Below are positions 18,322 to 28,880 of a stretch of 64,000 nucleotides of DNA, piece after piece. The position numbers and the translations under genes are program-made. The stretch comes from Rhodobacterales bacterium (GTDB taxonomy: Bacteria; Pseudomonadota; Alphaproteobacteria; Rhodobacterales; Rhodobacteraceae). The notes under the pieces were generated by a model. It was not told the origin of the DNA and searched no databases. It worked only from the letters and a program-made list of their open reading frames with translations. The stretch covers positions 46,791 to 110,790 of the forward strand of contig JBLRWJ010000001.1 of the NCBI GenBank assembly GCA_047921315.1. The letters are read 5' to 3'. Each line of letters opens with the position of its first letter. Position 1 is the first letter of the stretch.

Positions 18322-19914
18322 GTGCTATCGGACAGCCTGCCGCAGATTGGATTTGCAATTCTGGCCGGGGTGTTGCTTGGCAGCCTTGTGGTGATTGCGC
18401 TGGTTCTGGCTGACAGGCGGCCCTCCCGTAATCGGGCGGCAACCCCTGAACCCGGCTTGCCACCGCCCCCGGATGATCAGGTTGTGTTTCTGTTTTCAGA
18501 TCGAAGCCTGATCCAGATGACGGATGCGGGCGCTGCCTTTCTGGATAGATATGACAGTTCTGAACGGCCGACAGACCGTGACCAAGATGACTGGACCCGC
18601 ATTTTGCACATCTTCGGGACGCGCTTTGCAAAGCTGCCTGATCATCCCCCGAGGATACCGCCGAAGGGTCAGACCATTTTCGAAGCCCTGACGCCGGAAA
18701 ACACTGGAAAGCTGATTGTTGACTGGTGGGATGGGCACACCCGGATGACGCTGATTGAACCAATGACATGTGATCGCGCCCATGTATCCGGTCTGCAGGA
18801 TGAGGCGGACTGGCTAAGACAGGCGGTGACCGGCGCGCCCTATCCCATCTGGCAATCCGATCCGCAGGGGCGGGTTGTGTGGGCCAACACGGCCTATCTG
18901 GATCTGGTCAAAAGGTTCAAGACTGACGACCACGAGGCATCACCTGTCCCATCCCTGTTCAACATCCCTTTGCAAGCGCCTGATGGTCTTGCATCTTTTC
19001 GACTGTCCCTTATGCCCAAAGGGGCCACGAACCCCTATTGGTTTGATATACGCTCTCTTAAGCTGGATGCGGGATGGATGAACTATGCGACGGATGTGAA
19101 TGCCGTTGTGAATGCAGAGATCGCGCAGCGCAATTTTGTGCAGACCCTCACCAAAACCTTTGCGCAGCTTTCCATCGGTCTGGCGATCTTTGATCGCAAA
19201 CGACAATTGGCCCTGTTCAATCCCGCCTTGATTGATCTGACAACGCTTCCGGCTGAATTTCTCAGTGCAAGGCCAAATCTTTTGTCCTTCTTTGACCGGC
19301 TGCGTGACCGCAACATGATGCCAGAGCCGAAGAATTACCGCTCTTGGCGTGACCAGATAACAGATCTGGTGGCCGCCGCTGACAGCGGACAATATCGAGA
19401 GACATGGACCCTGCCATCAGGCTTGACCTACCGGATCAGTGGCCGCCCGCACCCTGACGGTGCGGTCGCCTTTCTGTTTGAGGATATCAGCGCCGAAATC
19501 TCTTCCATGCGCCGCTTTCGGTCGCAACTGGAGCTGGGTCAGTCCGTGTTGAACACGCTGGATCAATCCATCGCGGTCTTTTCTGCATCCGGCCTGCTGG
19601 CTTTTTCCAACACGGCCTATCGTCAGATGTGGAAGATCGACCCGGACAGTAGTTTTGCCGATATCTCGGTGAACGACGCCTCACGCCACTGGCAAGCGGG
19701 AAGCCAGCCGACACCTGTATGGGGTGATCTGCGGGATTTTGTGGTTCAGTTTGGCGAACGAAGCGAATGGTGCGCTGACATCATGCTCAAGGATGGGCGG
19801 CCCGTGACCTGCCATGTTGTGCCGATGCCCGGGGGGACAACACTTGTGACTTTTCAGATCGAAGATATCGGACAGATCGCAGCGACAGACAGTGATTTAC
19901 GCTCGACCGCCTGA
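18322..19914 (+). CDS. membrane-anchored multi-PAS protein with no histidine-kinase module (possible DivL-type regulator)
   Basis: GTG start. One N-terminal TM helix (IGFAILAGVLLGSLVVIALVLA), then repeated PAS-like modules (e.g. IGLAIFDRKRQLALFNPALIDL...AVAFLFEDISAEI and QSIAVFSASGLLAFSNTAYRQMW...). No H-box or N/G1/G2 boxes. The ORF stops 53 bp before tsaE. Confidence 0.6.
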   Translation: MLSDSLPQIGFAILAGVLLGSLVVIALVLADRRPSRNRAATPEPGLPPPPDDQVVFLFSDRSLIQMTDAGAAFLDRYDSSERPTDRDQDDWTRILHIFGTRFAKLPDHPPRIPPKGQTIFEALTPENTGKLIVDWWDGHTRMTLIEPMTCDRAHVSGLQDEADWLRQAVTGAPYPIWQSDPQGRVVWANTAYLDLVKRFKTDDHEASPVPSLFNIPLQAPDGLASFRLSLMPKGATNPYWFDIRSLKLDAGWMNYATDVNAVVNAEIAQRNFVQTLTKTFAQLSIGLAIFDRKRQLALFNPALIDLTTLPAEFLSARPNLLSFFDRLRDRNMMPEPKNYRSWRDQITDLVAAADSGQYRETWTLPSGLTYRISGRPHPDGAVAFLFEDISAEISSMRRFRSQLELGQSVLNTLDQSIAVFSASGLLAFSNTAYRQMWKIDPDSSFADISVNDASRHWQAGSQPTPVWGDLRDFVVQFGERSEWCADIMLKDGRPVTCHVVPMPGGTTLVTFQIEDIGQIAATDSDLRSTA

Positions 19915-19966
19915 AACAAAACCCGATCGCACTTGCGGGTCTTGATGGGCAGGCTACTCTGCCGTC

Positions 19967-20449
19967 ATGATGTTACAGCCAATCCTGATCACCCTTCGCT
20001 CCCCGCAGGAGACAGAAGTATTTGCAGCCCGCCTTGGCAAACTGTTGCGGGCAGGCGATACGCTGTTGTTGGAGGGGTTAATCGGCGCGGGCAAAACCCA
20101 TCTCGCGCGCAGTCTGATCCAGTCTCGATTGCGCGTGCAGGAAGATGTCCCATCGCCAACCTTCACCTTGGTTCAGACCTATGATGCCGGGGATACAGAG
20201 ATTTGGCACGCTGATCTGTATCGTCTGTCAGGCCCAGAAGACATTGTCGAACTTGGGTTGACCGATGCGTTTGAAACCGCAATTTGCCTGATTGAATGGC
20301 CGGATCGTTTGGGTGAATTGCAGCCCGATACCGCTTTGACATTACGGCTGGGTCAGGGCGAAACAGACGATATGCGGCGGTTGGAATTAACGTGGACAGA
20401 CCCGCAATGGGATGTACGCCTGAAGGGACTTACCAGTGACCAAGCGTGA
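19967..20449 (+). CDS. tsaE: tRNA t6A37 biosynthesis ATPase TsaE
   Basis: Walker A LEGLIGAGKTHLARSL, then PSPTFTLVQTY and HADLYRL motifs. Confidence 0.9.
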   Translation: MMLQPILITLRSPQETEVFAARLGKLLRAGDTLLLEGLIGAGKTHLARSLIQSRLRVQEDVPSPTFTLVQTYDAGDTEIWHADLYRLSGPEDIVELGLTDAFETAICLIEWPDRLGELQPDTALTLRLGQGETDDMRRLELTWTDPQWDVRLKGLTSDQA

Positions 20450-20453
20450 GCGC

Positions 20454-21455
20454 ATGGCAGATAGATTCATCGCGGCAACAGCCTGGGCAGGCGCTGAACG
20501 CAGGCCCTTGGCAGGCGATGCATCAAACCGCCGTTACGAGCGATTGTCCCTGCATGAGAAAACAGCCGTTCTGATGGATGCACCACGCGACAAGGGCGAA
20601 GACATCACCCCGTTTATTCAAATCGCGCGGTTTCTCACAGATCTGGGGTTAAGCGCGCCCACGCTTTTGGCAGAGGATACAGAGAACGGGTTTCTGTTGC
20701 TGGAAGATCTGGGTGACGATCTGTTTGCGCGCGTGATCCTGCGCGATCCTTCAAAAGAAGGAATGCTTTATGAGGCCGCGACCGATGCGTTGATCCATTT
20801 GCATAAAACCGCACCACCAGACGATCTGCCAGCCTATGATCCCGACATCATGCTGGACATGGCCGCGCTGGCCTGGCGTTGGTATCTGGGCGGCGCGCTG
20901 GCTGAGGATGCTGCCGCAGAGCAGAAGTTCCGTGCGTCTTTTGGTCCAATCCTTCATCACTATGCGGCGGATAAATCGGTTCTGATCCAGCGCGATTATC
21001 ACGCAGAGAACCTGATCTGGCTGCCAGACAGGGATGGACCAGCCCGCGTTGGTTTGCTGGATTTTCAGGATGCCATGGCAGGACACCCTGCCTATGATCT
21101 GGTTTCGGTGCTTCAGGATGCGCGCCGCGATGTGCCGCCCGCGATCGAAGCAGCAATGATTGATCGCTATGTGGATGCCACAGGGCAGGACAATACCGCC
21201 TTTCGCGCGGCCTATGCCGTTCTGGGCGCGCAACGCAACCTGCGCATCCTTGGTGTTTTCGGGCGTCTTTGCCTGATGAATGGCAAGGCGCATTACGTAG
21301 ATCTGATACCCCGCGTCTGGGATCTGCTTTTGCGTGATCTGGATCATCCCGCGCTCAGCCCGGTCGCATCCCTTATCACGGATGTTTTGCCTGCCCCGAC
21401 ACCAGCCATCCTGAAAAGGCTCAAGGACAAATGCGCCACAATCCCCAATCCGTGA
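20454..21455 (+). CDS. amgK: aminoglycoside-phosphotransferase-fold kinase, AmgK-like (anomeric MurNAc/GlcNAc kinase)
   Basis: LAGDASNRRYERL N-terminal motif, catalytic-loop RDYHAENLIWL, and LLDFQDAM. Sits in the tsaE-amgK-murU order. An alternative GTG start at 20436 overlaps tsaE. Confidence 0.72.
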   Translation: MADRFIAATAWAGAERRPLAGDASNRRYERLSLHEKTAVLMDAPRDKGEDITPFIQIARFLTDLGLSAPTLLAEDTENGFLLLEDLGDDLFARVILRDPSKEGMLYEAATDALIHLHKTAPPDDLPAYDPDIMLDMAALAWRWYLGGALAEDAAAEQKFRASFGPILHHYAADKSVLIQRDYHAENLIWLPDRDGPARVGLLDFQDAMAGHPAYDLVSVLQDARRDVPPAIEAAMIDRYVDATGQDNTAFRAAYAVLGAQRNLRILGVFGRLCLMNGKAHYVDLIPRVWDLLLRDLDHPALSPVASLITDVLPAPTPAILKRLKDKCATIPNP

Positions 21456-22123
21456 TGTTGTTTGCCGCGGGTTTCGGAACCCGGATGGGGCACCTGACAG
21501 CGCATCAACCAAAGCCGCTGATCCCTGTTGCGGGTCGCGCCTTGATTGACCACGCATTGGACCTTGTCCAAGATGCCGGTGTGCCGCGTAAAGTGGTCAA
21601 CCTGCATTATAAGGCAGAGATGCTAAGCAACCATTTAGCGCAAACCGATGCGGTGTTATCTGTCGAGTTGCCCGATATTCTGGAAACCGGCGGCGGGTTG
21701 CGGCACGCGTTGCCCCTCTTGGGCACAGGCCCCGTCTTTACCATGAACACGGACGCCATCTGGAAGGGCCCCAACCCGTTGATATTGGCACAAAACACAT
21801 GGGACCCTGACAGAATGGATGCTTTGCTGGTCTGCATTCGCCTTGCAAATGCGGTGGGCCATACCGGACAGGGGGATTTTGTCATCGAAGGTAACGGACA
21901 ACTGCGGCGGGGGACTGATTATATTTATGGGGGTGTCCAGATCATCAAAACGGCAGGTCTGGCCGACATCACGGAACCGGCCTTTTCCTTGAACCTGCTC
22001 TGGGACAGAATGCTGCAAAATGGCCGTATCTTTGGTCTGCCCTATCCGGGCCTTTGGTGCGACGTTGGGCATCCAGAGGGGGTCACCCTGGCAGAACGCA
22101 TGATTGGAACATCTGATGTTTGA
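21455..22123 (+). CDS. murU: sugar-1-phosphate nucleotidylyltransferase, MurU-like
   Basis: N-terminal AAGFGTRM(G) nucleotidyltransferase motif. The start overlaps the amgK stop (TGATG); the track ORF begins at 21431. Confidence 0.72.
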   Translation: MLFAAGFGTRMGHLTAHQPKPLIPVAGRALIDHALDLVQDAGVPRKVVNLHYKAEMLSNHLAQTDAVLSVELPDILETGGGLRHALPLLGTGPVFTMNTDAIWKGPNPLILAQNTWDPDRMDALLVCIRLANAVGHTGQGDFVIEGNGQLRRGTDYIYGGVQIIKTAGLADITEPAFSLNLLWDRMLQNGRIFGLPYPGLWCDVGHPEGVTLAERMIGTSDV

Positions 22124-25058
22124 GCCAGCGCAGAAACCGCGCGTCTTTGGTCTGCCGCCCGGCACCGATTTTCCAAAGGCGCTGGTTGAGGGGCTGATGT
22201 ATCGGTTTGAGGGTCAGCCGCCCGATGCGTTGGCCCGCGTTCAGCTTATCGTGAACACGCGCCGCATGGCACGACGGGTCCGTGACCTGTTTGACGCCGG
22301 GCCAGCCCTTTTGTTGCCAAATATCAAGCTGGTAACCGATCTGGGTGATGAGGCGGGGCTAGCGCAGATACCCTTTGCGGTGTCACCCTTGCGCCGAAGG
22401 CTGGAGATTTCGCAACTGGTGTCAGGATTGCTGGATAGCCAACCGGATCTGGCGCCGCGCGCATCTCTCTATGATCTCTCGGATAGTCTGGCCGCGTTGC
22501 TGGATGAAATGCAGGGTGAAGGGGTCAGCCCTGATGTGATCCGCAATCTGGATGTGTCCGATCAATCCGGACACTGGGCGCGCGCGCAACAGTTTTTGGG
22601 AATAGTTCAGCAGTTTTTCGATGGCAGCGTGGAAGCCCCTGATCAAGAAGCCCGGCAAAGACGGGTTATTCTGGACCTGATTGAACAATGGGCGACAGAT
22701 CCCCCCGCGCATCCCGTCATCCTTGCCGGATCTACCGGATCACGCGGGACAACCCGCTTGCTGATGACAGCGATTGCCAGTTTGCCCCAAGGTGCCATCG
22801 TGCTGCCCGGGTTTGATTTTGACATGCCTGCCCTGTCATGGGCAGATTTGGATGACGCCTTGCGCGCAGAGGATCATCCCCAGTTCCGGTTTCGCCTGCT
22901 GATGCGGGATCTGGACCTGTTGCCAAACGACATAGACCGCTGGTCCACGACCAGCCCACCATCACCCGCGCGCAACGCGCTGATGTCGCTGGCCTTGCGC
23001 CCCGCCCCGGTCACGGATCAATGGCTGTCCGAGGGGCCGACCCTGTCGGATCTATCCGGCGCATTGGCAAATGTCACGCTGGTCGAGGCGCCTTCAGCCC
23101 GCGCCGAGGCGATGGCCATTGCCATGCGGCTCAGACAGGCCGCCGAGGATGGGATTACGGCGGCGCTGATCACACCGGACAGGATGCTGACCCGGCAAGT
23201 GACCGCGGCACTGGATCGATGGGATATCCTGCCCGATGATAGCGCGGGCACCCCGCTCAACCTGTCACCGCCCGGCCGGTTTCTGCGGCATGTTGCGGCT
23301 CTGTTTCAGCACAAACTGACATCTGAGGCGCTGATCACGCTTCTTAATCATCCGCTGACATCTTCCAGTTCAAAGGCGGGTCGCGGGGCGCATCTGCTTC
23401 TGACCCGCGAGCTGGAGCTGCATATCCGGCGTAACGGCCCGCCCTTTCCCGATGCTGCCCGACTGCGGGCTTGGGCAGCAGGCCGCAAGGCCGAAGACGC
23501 GCATATATGGGTTGAATGGCTGATCACATGTTTCATCGACAAATGTCTGGATGGCGAGCGCACATTGTCGGACAGGCTGGCCGCCCATCTGACGCTGGCC
23601 GAACAGATCAGTCAGGGCGCAGAAGGTGAAGGTTCTGGCGAGCTATGGAAGGAAAAACCCGGACAAGAGGCGCGGCGCGTTGTTGATATGCTGCAAGCCG
23701 AGGCGGATGCCGGCGGCACCATGGACGCGATTGATTATGCCGATCTGTTCGGCGCGATCCTGTCCGGTGCAGAGGTCCGCGACAGGGATTCACCGCATTC
23801 CGCGATCCTGATCTGGGGCACGCTGGAGGCGCGGGTGCAGGGGGCCGATCTGGTTATTTTGGGTGGTCTGAATGAGGGAAGCTGGCCAGAGATGCCCAGC
23901 CCCGATCCATGGCTAAACCGAAAAATGCGCCATGATGCGGGTCTGTTATTGCCGGAACGGCGTATTGGCCTGTCTGCCCATGATTTCCAACAAGCGGTCG
24001 CCGCACCCGAGGTTTGGCTAACCCGTTCAATCCGGTCTGACGATGCGCAAACCGTCACCTCGCGCTGGGTCAATCGTATGCTGAACCTGCTTGAAGGGCT
24101 GCCTGATCAGGGTGGGCCACGCGCTGTTCAGGAGATGCGGGCGAAGGGAACCGCTTGGTTAAAACGGGTGGAGCAACTTGAAACCCCCCGGCAGCAGCCC
24201 CCGGCGCCCCGCCCTTCACCGCGGCCCCCCGTTACGACGCGGCCCAAATGCTTGTCAGTCACAGAGATCAAGCGCCTGATCAGAGACCCCTATGCGATCT
24301 ATGCGCGGCATGTCCTTGGCCTGAGGCCGCTGGACAGCCTGATGCAGGCCCCCGACGCCCTTTTGCGTGGAATCGTGACACATGATGTGCTGGAGGCATT
24401 TGTTAAAGGGCTGGATGCCGCGCCGGAGACCCTGACAGAAGCCGATCTGATGGCACTGGTCGACACCGCCTTGCATCAAAACGTGCCTTGGGCCGAAATT
24501 CGCGTGCTGTGGAAGGCGCGCCTGTCACGGGCGGCGGGGTGGTTTGTCAGCAGCGAAAAGGCACGCCGCGCCACTGCGCGCCCCGTTGCATTCGAGCGCA
24601 AGGGCGCCGCGCGCCTTGATGATCTGGATTTTACCCTGACGGTAAAAGCCGACAGGATTGATCGTGATGCCACAGGCGCGTTTCACATATATGACTACAA
24701 GACAGGCCGCCTGCCAACCAAAGATGAACAGGCTTTCTTTGACAAACAGCTTTTACTTGAGGCGGCGATGGCGGAACGCGGCGCGTTTGTTGATCTGGAC
24801 GCAGCCCCTGTGATCCGGGCCGCTTATATCGGTGTCGGCAGCGCACAGAAAGAGCAGCCCGCCCCGCTGGAAGAAGAGCCAGCCGAAAAGGTCTGGCAGG
24901 AGTTTGACGCATTGATCAGAGCCTATTCAAGCCCAACCCAAGGCTATACGTCACGCAGGGCAATGTTCAAGGATGTCGACAAGGGCGACTATGATCAGCT
25001 TGCCCGCTTTGGTGAATGGGATGCGACGCAAAATCCAGAGCCAGAGGATCTGACATGA
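22116..25058 (+). CDS. addB: double-strand break repair protein AddB (alphaproteobacterial type)
   Basis: About 980 aa. C-terminal PD-(D/E)xK nuclease region ...VKADRIDRDATGAFHIYDYKTG... It sits immediately upstream of addA and overlaps it. ATG at 22116 preferred to the TTG at 22104. Confidence 0.85.
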   Translation: MFEPAQKPRVFGLPPGTDFPKALVEGLMYRFEGQPPDALARVQLIVNTRRMARRVRDLFDAGPALLLPNIKLVTDLGDEAGLAQIPFAVSPLRRRLEISQLVSGLLDSQPDLAPRASLYDLSDSLAALLDEMQGEGVSPDVIRNLDVSDQSGHWARAQQFLGIVQQFFDGSVEAPDQEARQRRVILDLIEQWATDPPAHPVILAGSTGSRGTTRLLMTAIASLPQGAIVLPGFDFDMPALSWADLDDALRAEDHPQFRFRLLMRDLDLLPNDIDRWSTTSPPSPARNALMSLALRPAPVTDQWLSEGPTLSDLSGALANVTLVEAPSARAEAMAIAMRLRQAAEDGITAALITPDRMLTRQVTAALDRWDILPDDSAGTPLNLSPPGRFLRHVAALFQHKLTSEALITLLNHPLTSSSSKAGRGAHLLLTRELELHIRRNGPPFPDAARLRAWAAGRKAEDAHIWVEWLITCFIDKCLDGERTLSDRLAAHLTLAEQISQGAEGEGSGELWKEKPGQEARRVVDMLQAEADAGGTMDAIDYADLFGAILSGAEVRDRDSPHSAILIWGTLEARVQGADLVILGGLNEGSWPEMPSPDPWLNRKMRHDAGLLLPERRIGLSAHDFQQAVAAPEVWLTRSIRSDDAQTVTSRWVNRMLNLLEGLPDQGGPRAVQEMRAKGTAWLKRVEQLETPRQQPPAPRPSPRPPVTTRPKCLSVTEIKRLIRDPYAIYARHVLGLRPLDSLMQAPDALLRGIVTHDVLEAFVKGLDAAPETLTEADLMALVDTALHQNVPWAEIRVLWKARLSRAAGWFVSSEKARRATARPVAFERKGAARLDDLDFTLTVKADRIDRDATGAFHIYDYKTGRLPTKDEQAFFDKQLLLEAAMAERGAFVDLDAAPVIRAAYIGVGSAQKEQPAPLEEEPAEKVWQEFDALIRAYSSPTQGYTSRRAMFKDVDKGDYDQLARFGEWDATQNPEPEDLT

Positions 25059-28000
25059 TCCGCGATGATGCGACCGAGCGTCAGGTTCAGGCCGCCCGCC
25101 CCGATAGCTCGACATGGCTTTCGGCGAATGCCGGATCTGGCAAGACACGGGTTCTGACTGATCGCGTTGCCCGCCTTCTTCTGTCCGGGGTAGAGCCGCA
25201 ACATATCCTTTGTCTGACCTACACCAAAGCCGCTGCGAGCGAGATGCAGAACAGGCTGTTCAAACGGCTGGGCGGCTGGGCAATGCTGCCAGACAAAGAC
25301 TTGCAATTGGCCCTGCGGGATCTGGGGATTGACGGATCAATCCAAGCAAACACCCTTAGGCAAGCGCGCACATTATTTGCCCGCGCGATCGAAACCCCCG
25401 GTGGTTTGAAAATTCAGACGATCCATTCGTTCTGCGCCTCACTTTTGCGGCGCTTTCCCCTTGAGGCAGGCGTCACGCCACAATTTACCGAGATGGAGGA
25501 CCATACGGCCAAGCGGCTGCGCGCCGAAATTGTGCAGGCCATGGCGGATGGCCATCAGGCCGATGTTGTTGAGGGGATGGCCAAAATCTATTCGGGGCAG
25601 GATTTTGACGATCTGACCCGCAACATCACGGCGCATCGCACCACCTTTCAAACCGATGTGATACGCGATGACGTTCTTGAATGGTTCGGGCTGCCGCCGG
25701 CCTATTCAGCCAAGGATATTCTCAGCCAAGTGTTCTTGGGCGATGAGGCGGAAATTCTGAAACAGTTGGTTCCCGCACTTCTGGCCAGCGGGCCCAATGA
25801 TAGCAGGGCAGGCAAGCGGCTCGCCGCTCTGACCGGAGCGTGCGTTTCCGAATTGCCTGAGCTTGAAGATATCTTTTTGACAGGCGACAAGGCAAAGCAG
25901 CCGTTTTCCGCCAAGATAGGGACTTTTCCAACCAAACCCTGCCAGCGCAAACTGCCTGATATCATGCCCGCGCTGGATAGCTGGATGGAGCGGGTGGAAA
26001 GCGCCCGTGAGGCGCGTATCGCGCTGGATGCTACCGAGAAAACGCTTGCCTTGCATCGGTTTGCCCGCGCCTTTCTTCCGGCCTATGAAAAACAAAAGAC
26101 CCTGCGTGGTTGGCTGGATTTTGACGATCTTATCGTCAAAGCGCGCGATCTGCTGACTGATCCGGCTGTGGCCTCTTGGGTGCTGTATCGTCTGGATGGC
26201 GGCATTGACCATATTCTGGTGGATGAGGCGCAAGATACCAGCCCCGTCCAATGGCAGGTCATTGAACGGCTTGCGCAAGAGTTTACCAGCGGCGTTGGCG
26301 CAAGATCAGATATTGCGCGAACGATCTTTGTTGTCGGCGACAAGAAACAGTCAATCTATTCTTTCCAAGGCGCTGATCCACGCGAATTTGACAGGATGCA
26401 GGCTGAATTTGGCGAGCGGCTGGGCATGACCAATCAACCGCTTCTATCAATGGAGCTGGAGTTCTCTTTCCGCTCTGCCGAATCGATCTTACGATTGGTG
26501 GATCAGACATTTGTCGGGCGGGAAGCTGCTGGCTTTGCTGCCGGATCACTTCACCGTGCTTTCAAATCCGAAATGCCCGGCCGTGTTGATCTATGGCCTG
26601 TGGTCGAAAAGCCAGCCACCCCGGAAAAAGGAGCGTGGTTTGATCCTGTCGATCGGCGGGGAGAGCGGGATCATATGGTTTTGCTTGCGGAACGCGTTGC
26701 CGCACATATCCGCAAGATGATTGATGAATGCCAGCCCATTCCGGTTGAGATTGGGCAAACAGGTCATTATCAGACACGCCCGGTCACCGAGGGGGATTTT
26801 CTGATCCTTGTGCAGCGCCGCTCATCGCTTTTTCACGAGGTTATTCGCGCTTGCAAGGATCATGGTCTTGATGTCGCGGGCGCAGACCGTCTGAAGGTGG
26901 GTGCAGAACTGGCAGTGCGCGACCTTGCCGCCCTATTGACGTTCCTTGCCACCCCCGAAGATGATTTGTCCTTGGCGATTGCATTGAAATCACCGCTGTT
27001 CGGCTGGGATGAGCAAAGGCTTTTTAAGCTTGCACAGGGTCGAAACGGGTATCTTTGGGAAGCGCTGCGCAAACAAGCCGCCGCCCATCCGGACACATTG
27101 GCCATTCTGCATGATCTGCGCGACAAATCCGATTTTCTGCGCCCATATGAGCTGATCGAGCGCGTTCTGACGCGGCATGACGGGCGCCGCCGCCTGCTCG
27201 GGCGCTTGGGGCAAGAGGCTGAAGACGGCATTGATGCCTTTCTGGCCCAGGCTTTGAGTTATGAACGCGGCAATATCCCAAGCCTCACCGGCTTTCTGGT
27301 CTGGATGGAAACCGACGAGCTTGAGATCAAGCGCCAGATGGACAGCGCGGGCAACCGCATCCGCGTCATGACAGTGCATGGGGCAAAGGGGTTGGAGGCG
27401 CCGATTGTGATTCTTCCCGATACCGGGCGGCGCGATAACACGATCCGCGACATGATGCTGGTGCATAAAGGCCGTGCTTTGTGGAAAACAGCCAGCGCCG
27501 CCGCCCCCGGCCCCCTGCAGGAGGCGCAGAACGCACAGAAAGATGCGCAAGAGGCGGAACGCAACCGCCTGCTATATGTTGCCATGACGCGTGCGGAAAA
27601 GTGGCTTATTGTGGCCACTGCGGGCGACCTTGGCAAAGAAGGCAGCAGCTGGTTTCAGCAGGTCGAAACGGCGATGCAGGCATCAGGGGCCGTGCGGCAT
27701 TCCTTTCCGTTTGGAGAAGGGCTGCGGCTGGAAAACGGGGCCTGGTCTGCGCCTCAAACAGGCTCTGACAAGGCGGAAAACATAGAGCAAGGCGTGCTTG
27801 ATCCGCTTTTTGACCAATCAGCGCCCGTGGTGGTGCAACAGCCCGAAACTATCAGCCCTTCTGACCTTGGCGGGGCCAAAGCATTGCCCGGTGATAGCGG
27901 ATTGACAGAAGAGGCGGCGAAGCAGCGCGGAACCCAGATACATCTGTTGCTGGAGGTGTTGCCAACCATAGAGCCGGACCGCTGGACAGAGCTTGGCGTC

Positions 28001-28432
28001 AAGATCCTTGCGCGCAATGCAGAAGCCGCGCAACCCGGCGCATTTGCGCCGCTCATTGAAGAGGCCGGCACCGTTCTGATGGCCCCTGATCTTGGCTGGT
28101 TGTTCAAAGACGATGCGCTTGTCGAGGTTCCGGTATCAGCGGACCTGCCCGAAATTGGCGGGCGGCGTATTCATGGCACCATCGACCGTTTAATTATTAA
28201 CGAAGACCGCATTCTTGCTGTGGACTTCAAAACCAATGCGATGGTGCCCAGCCATGCTGATACCTGTCCAGAGGGTATCTTGCGCCAGATGGGTGCCTAT
28301 GCAGCGGCGTTGAGACAGATTTTTCCCGGACGACAAGTTGATACCGCAATCCTTTGGACACGCAGCGCCACCCTGATGCCGCTGCCAAACGATCTGGTGA
28401 TGCAGGCGCTGCAGCGCAGCACCATCCCTTGA
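25055..28432 (+). CDS. addA: double-strand break repair helicase/nuclease AddA (UvrD-like)
   Basis: Walker [16 protein letters not shown], helicase motifs ([38 protein letters not shown]), and C-terminal nuclease HGTIDRLII...[11 protein letters not shown] overlap with the addB stop. Confidence 0.92.
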   Translation: MIRDDATERQVQAARPDSSTWLSANAGSGKTRVLTDRVARLLLSGVEPQHILCLTYTKAAASEMQNRLFKRLGGWAMLPDKDLQLALRDLGIDGSIQANTLRQARTLFARAIETPGGLKIQTIHSFCASLLRRFPLEAGVTPQFTEMEDHTAKRLRAEIVQAMADGHQADVVEGMAKIYSGQDFDDLTRNITAHRTTFQTDVIRDDVLEWFGLPPAYSAKDILSQVFLGDEAEILKQLVPALLASGPNDSRAGKRLAALTGACVSELPELEDIFLTGDKAKQPFSAKIGTFPTKPCQRKLPDIMPALDSWMERVESAREARIALDATEKTLALHRFARAFLPAYEKQKTLRGWLDFDDLIVKARDLLTDPAVASWVLYRLDGGIDHILVDEAQDTSPVQWQVIERLAQEFTSGVGARSDIARTIFVVGDKKQSIYSFQGADPREFDRMQAEFGERLGMTNQPLLSMELEFSFRSAESILRLVDQTFVGREAAGFAAGSLHRAFKSEMPGRVDLWPVVEKPATPEKGAWFDPVDRRGERDHMVLLAERVAAHIRKMIDECQPIPVEIGQTGHYQTRPVTEGDFLILVQRRSSLFHEVIRACKDHGLDVAGADRLKVGAELAVRDLAALLTFLATPEDDLSLAIALKSPLFGWDEQRLFKLAQGRNGYLWEALRKQAAAHPDTLAILHDLRDKSDFLRPYELIERVLTRHDGRRRLLGRLGQEAEDGIDAFLAQALSYERGNIPSLTGFLVWMETDELEIKRQMDSAGNRIRVMTVHGAKGLEAPIVILPDTGRRDNTIRDMMLVHKGRALWKTASAAAPGPLQEAQNAQKDAQEAERNRLLYVAMTRAEKWLIVATAGDLGKEGSSWFQQVETAMQASGAVRHSFPFGEGLRLENGAWSAPQTGSDKAENIEQGVLDPLFDQSAPVVVQQPETISPSDLGGAKALPGDSGLTEEAAKQRGTQIHLLLEVLPTIEPDRWTELGVKILARNAEAAQPGAFAPLIEEAGTVLMAPDLGWLFKDDALVEVPVSADLPEIGGRRIHGTIDRLIINEDRILAVDFKTNAMVPSHADTCPEGILRQMGAYAAALRQIFPGRQVDTAILWTRSATLMPLPNDLVMQALQRSTIP

Positions 28433-28488
28433 CGCTGGTCGCTCGCATCCATAGGTTTGCGGCCAACCATTTCCACAGGAGAAAGCCA

Positions 28489-28809
28489 ATGGCGACTGTT
28501 GCTGTTACGGACGAAACATTCGATGCCGAAGTCAAGAATTCCGATATCCCCGTAGTGGTGGATTTCTGGGCCGAATGGTGCGGCCCTTGCAAGCAGATCG
28601 GCCCCGCTCTGGAAGAGCTGTCAGCCGAGTTTGAAGGCCGCGTCAAGATTGCCAAGGTTGATGTTGACAACAACCCCAACGCCGCCGCCGCAATGGGTGT
28701 GCGTGGTATTCCTGCGTTGTTCATCTTCAAAGACGGTCAGGTTGTGTCCAACCGCGCCGGTGCTGCCCCCAAGGCCGCCCTGCAGAGCTGGATTGAGGGC
28801 GCAATCTGA
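28489..28809 (+). CDS. trxA: thioredoxin
   Basis: 106 aa. [17 protein letters not shown] active site. The track ORF (28354) carries an implausible N-terminal extension. Confidence 0.95.
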   Translation: MATVAVTDETFDAEVKNSDIPVVVDFWAEWCGPCKQIGPALEELSAEFEGRVKIAKVDVDNNPNAAAAMGVRGIPALFIFKDGQVVSNRAGAAPKAALQSWIEGAI

Positions 28810-28830
28810 TCTTCCTCACTTGTTTCTGAC

Positions 28831-28860
28831 AAAAGGGCGCCCTTTGTGGTGCCCTTTTTC
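28831..28860. terminator. intrinsic terminator after trxA (possibly bidirectional)
   Basis: AAAA-GGGCGCC-ctttgt-GGTGCCC-TTTTT: a 7-bp stem with one G:U pair, plus a T5 run. Confidence 0.7.
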
Positions 28861-28880
28861 ATTTGATAATCTTTTTGTCT

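Noticed and set aside
20751-21557. 268-aa minus-strand ORF opposite amgK/murU.
   Set aside because: A shadow ORF antisense to motif-bearing genes, with no recognisable domain.
28354-28488. N-terminal extensions offered by the ORF track. Examples: trxA from 28354, addA from 25016, rho from 38935, mutS to 52933, hslV from 29789, senC to 16814, regB from 16703.
   Set aside because: The extensions overlap neighbouring genes or are compositionally odd. Inner starts have proper RBSs and give family-typical N-termini.
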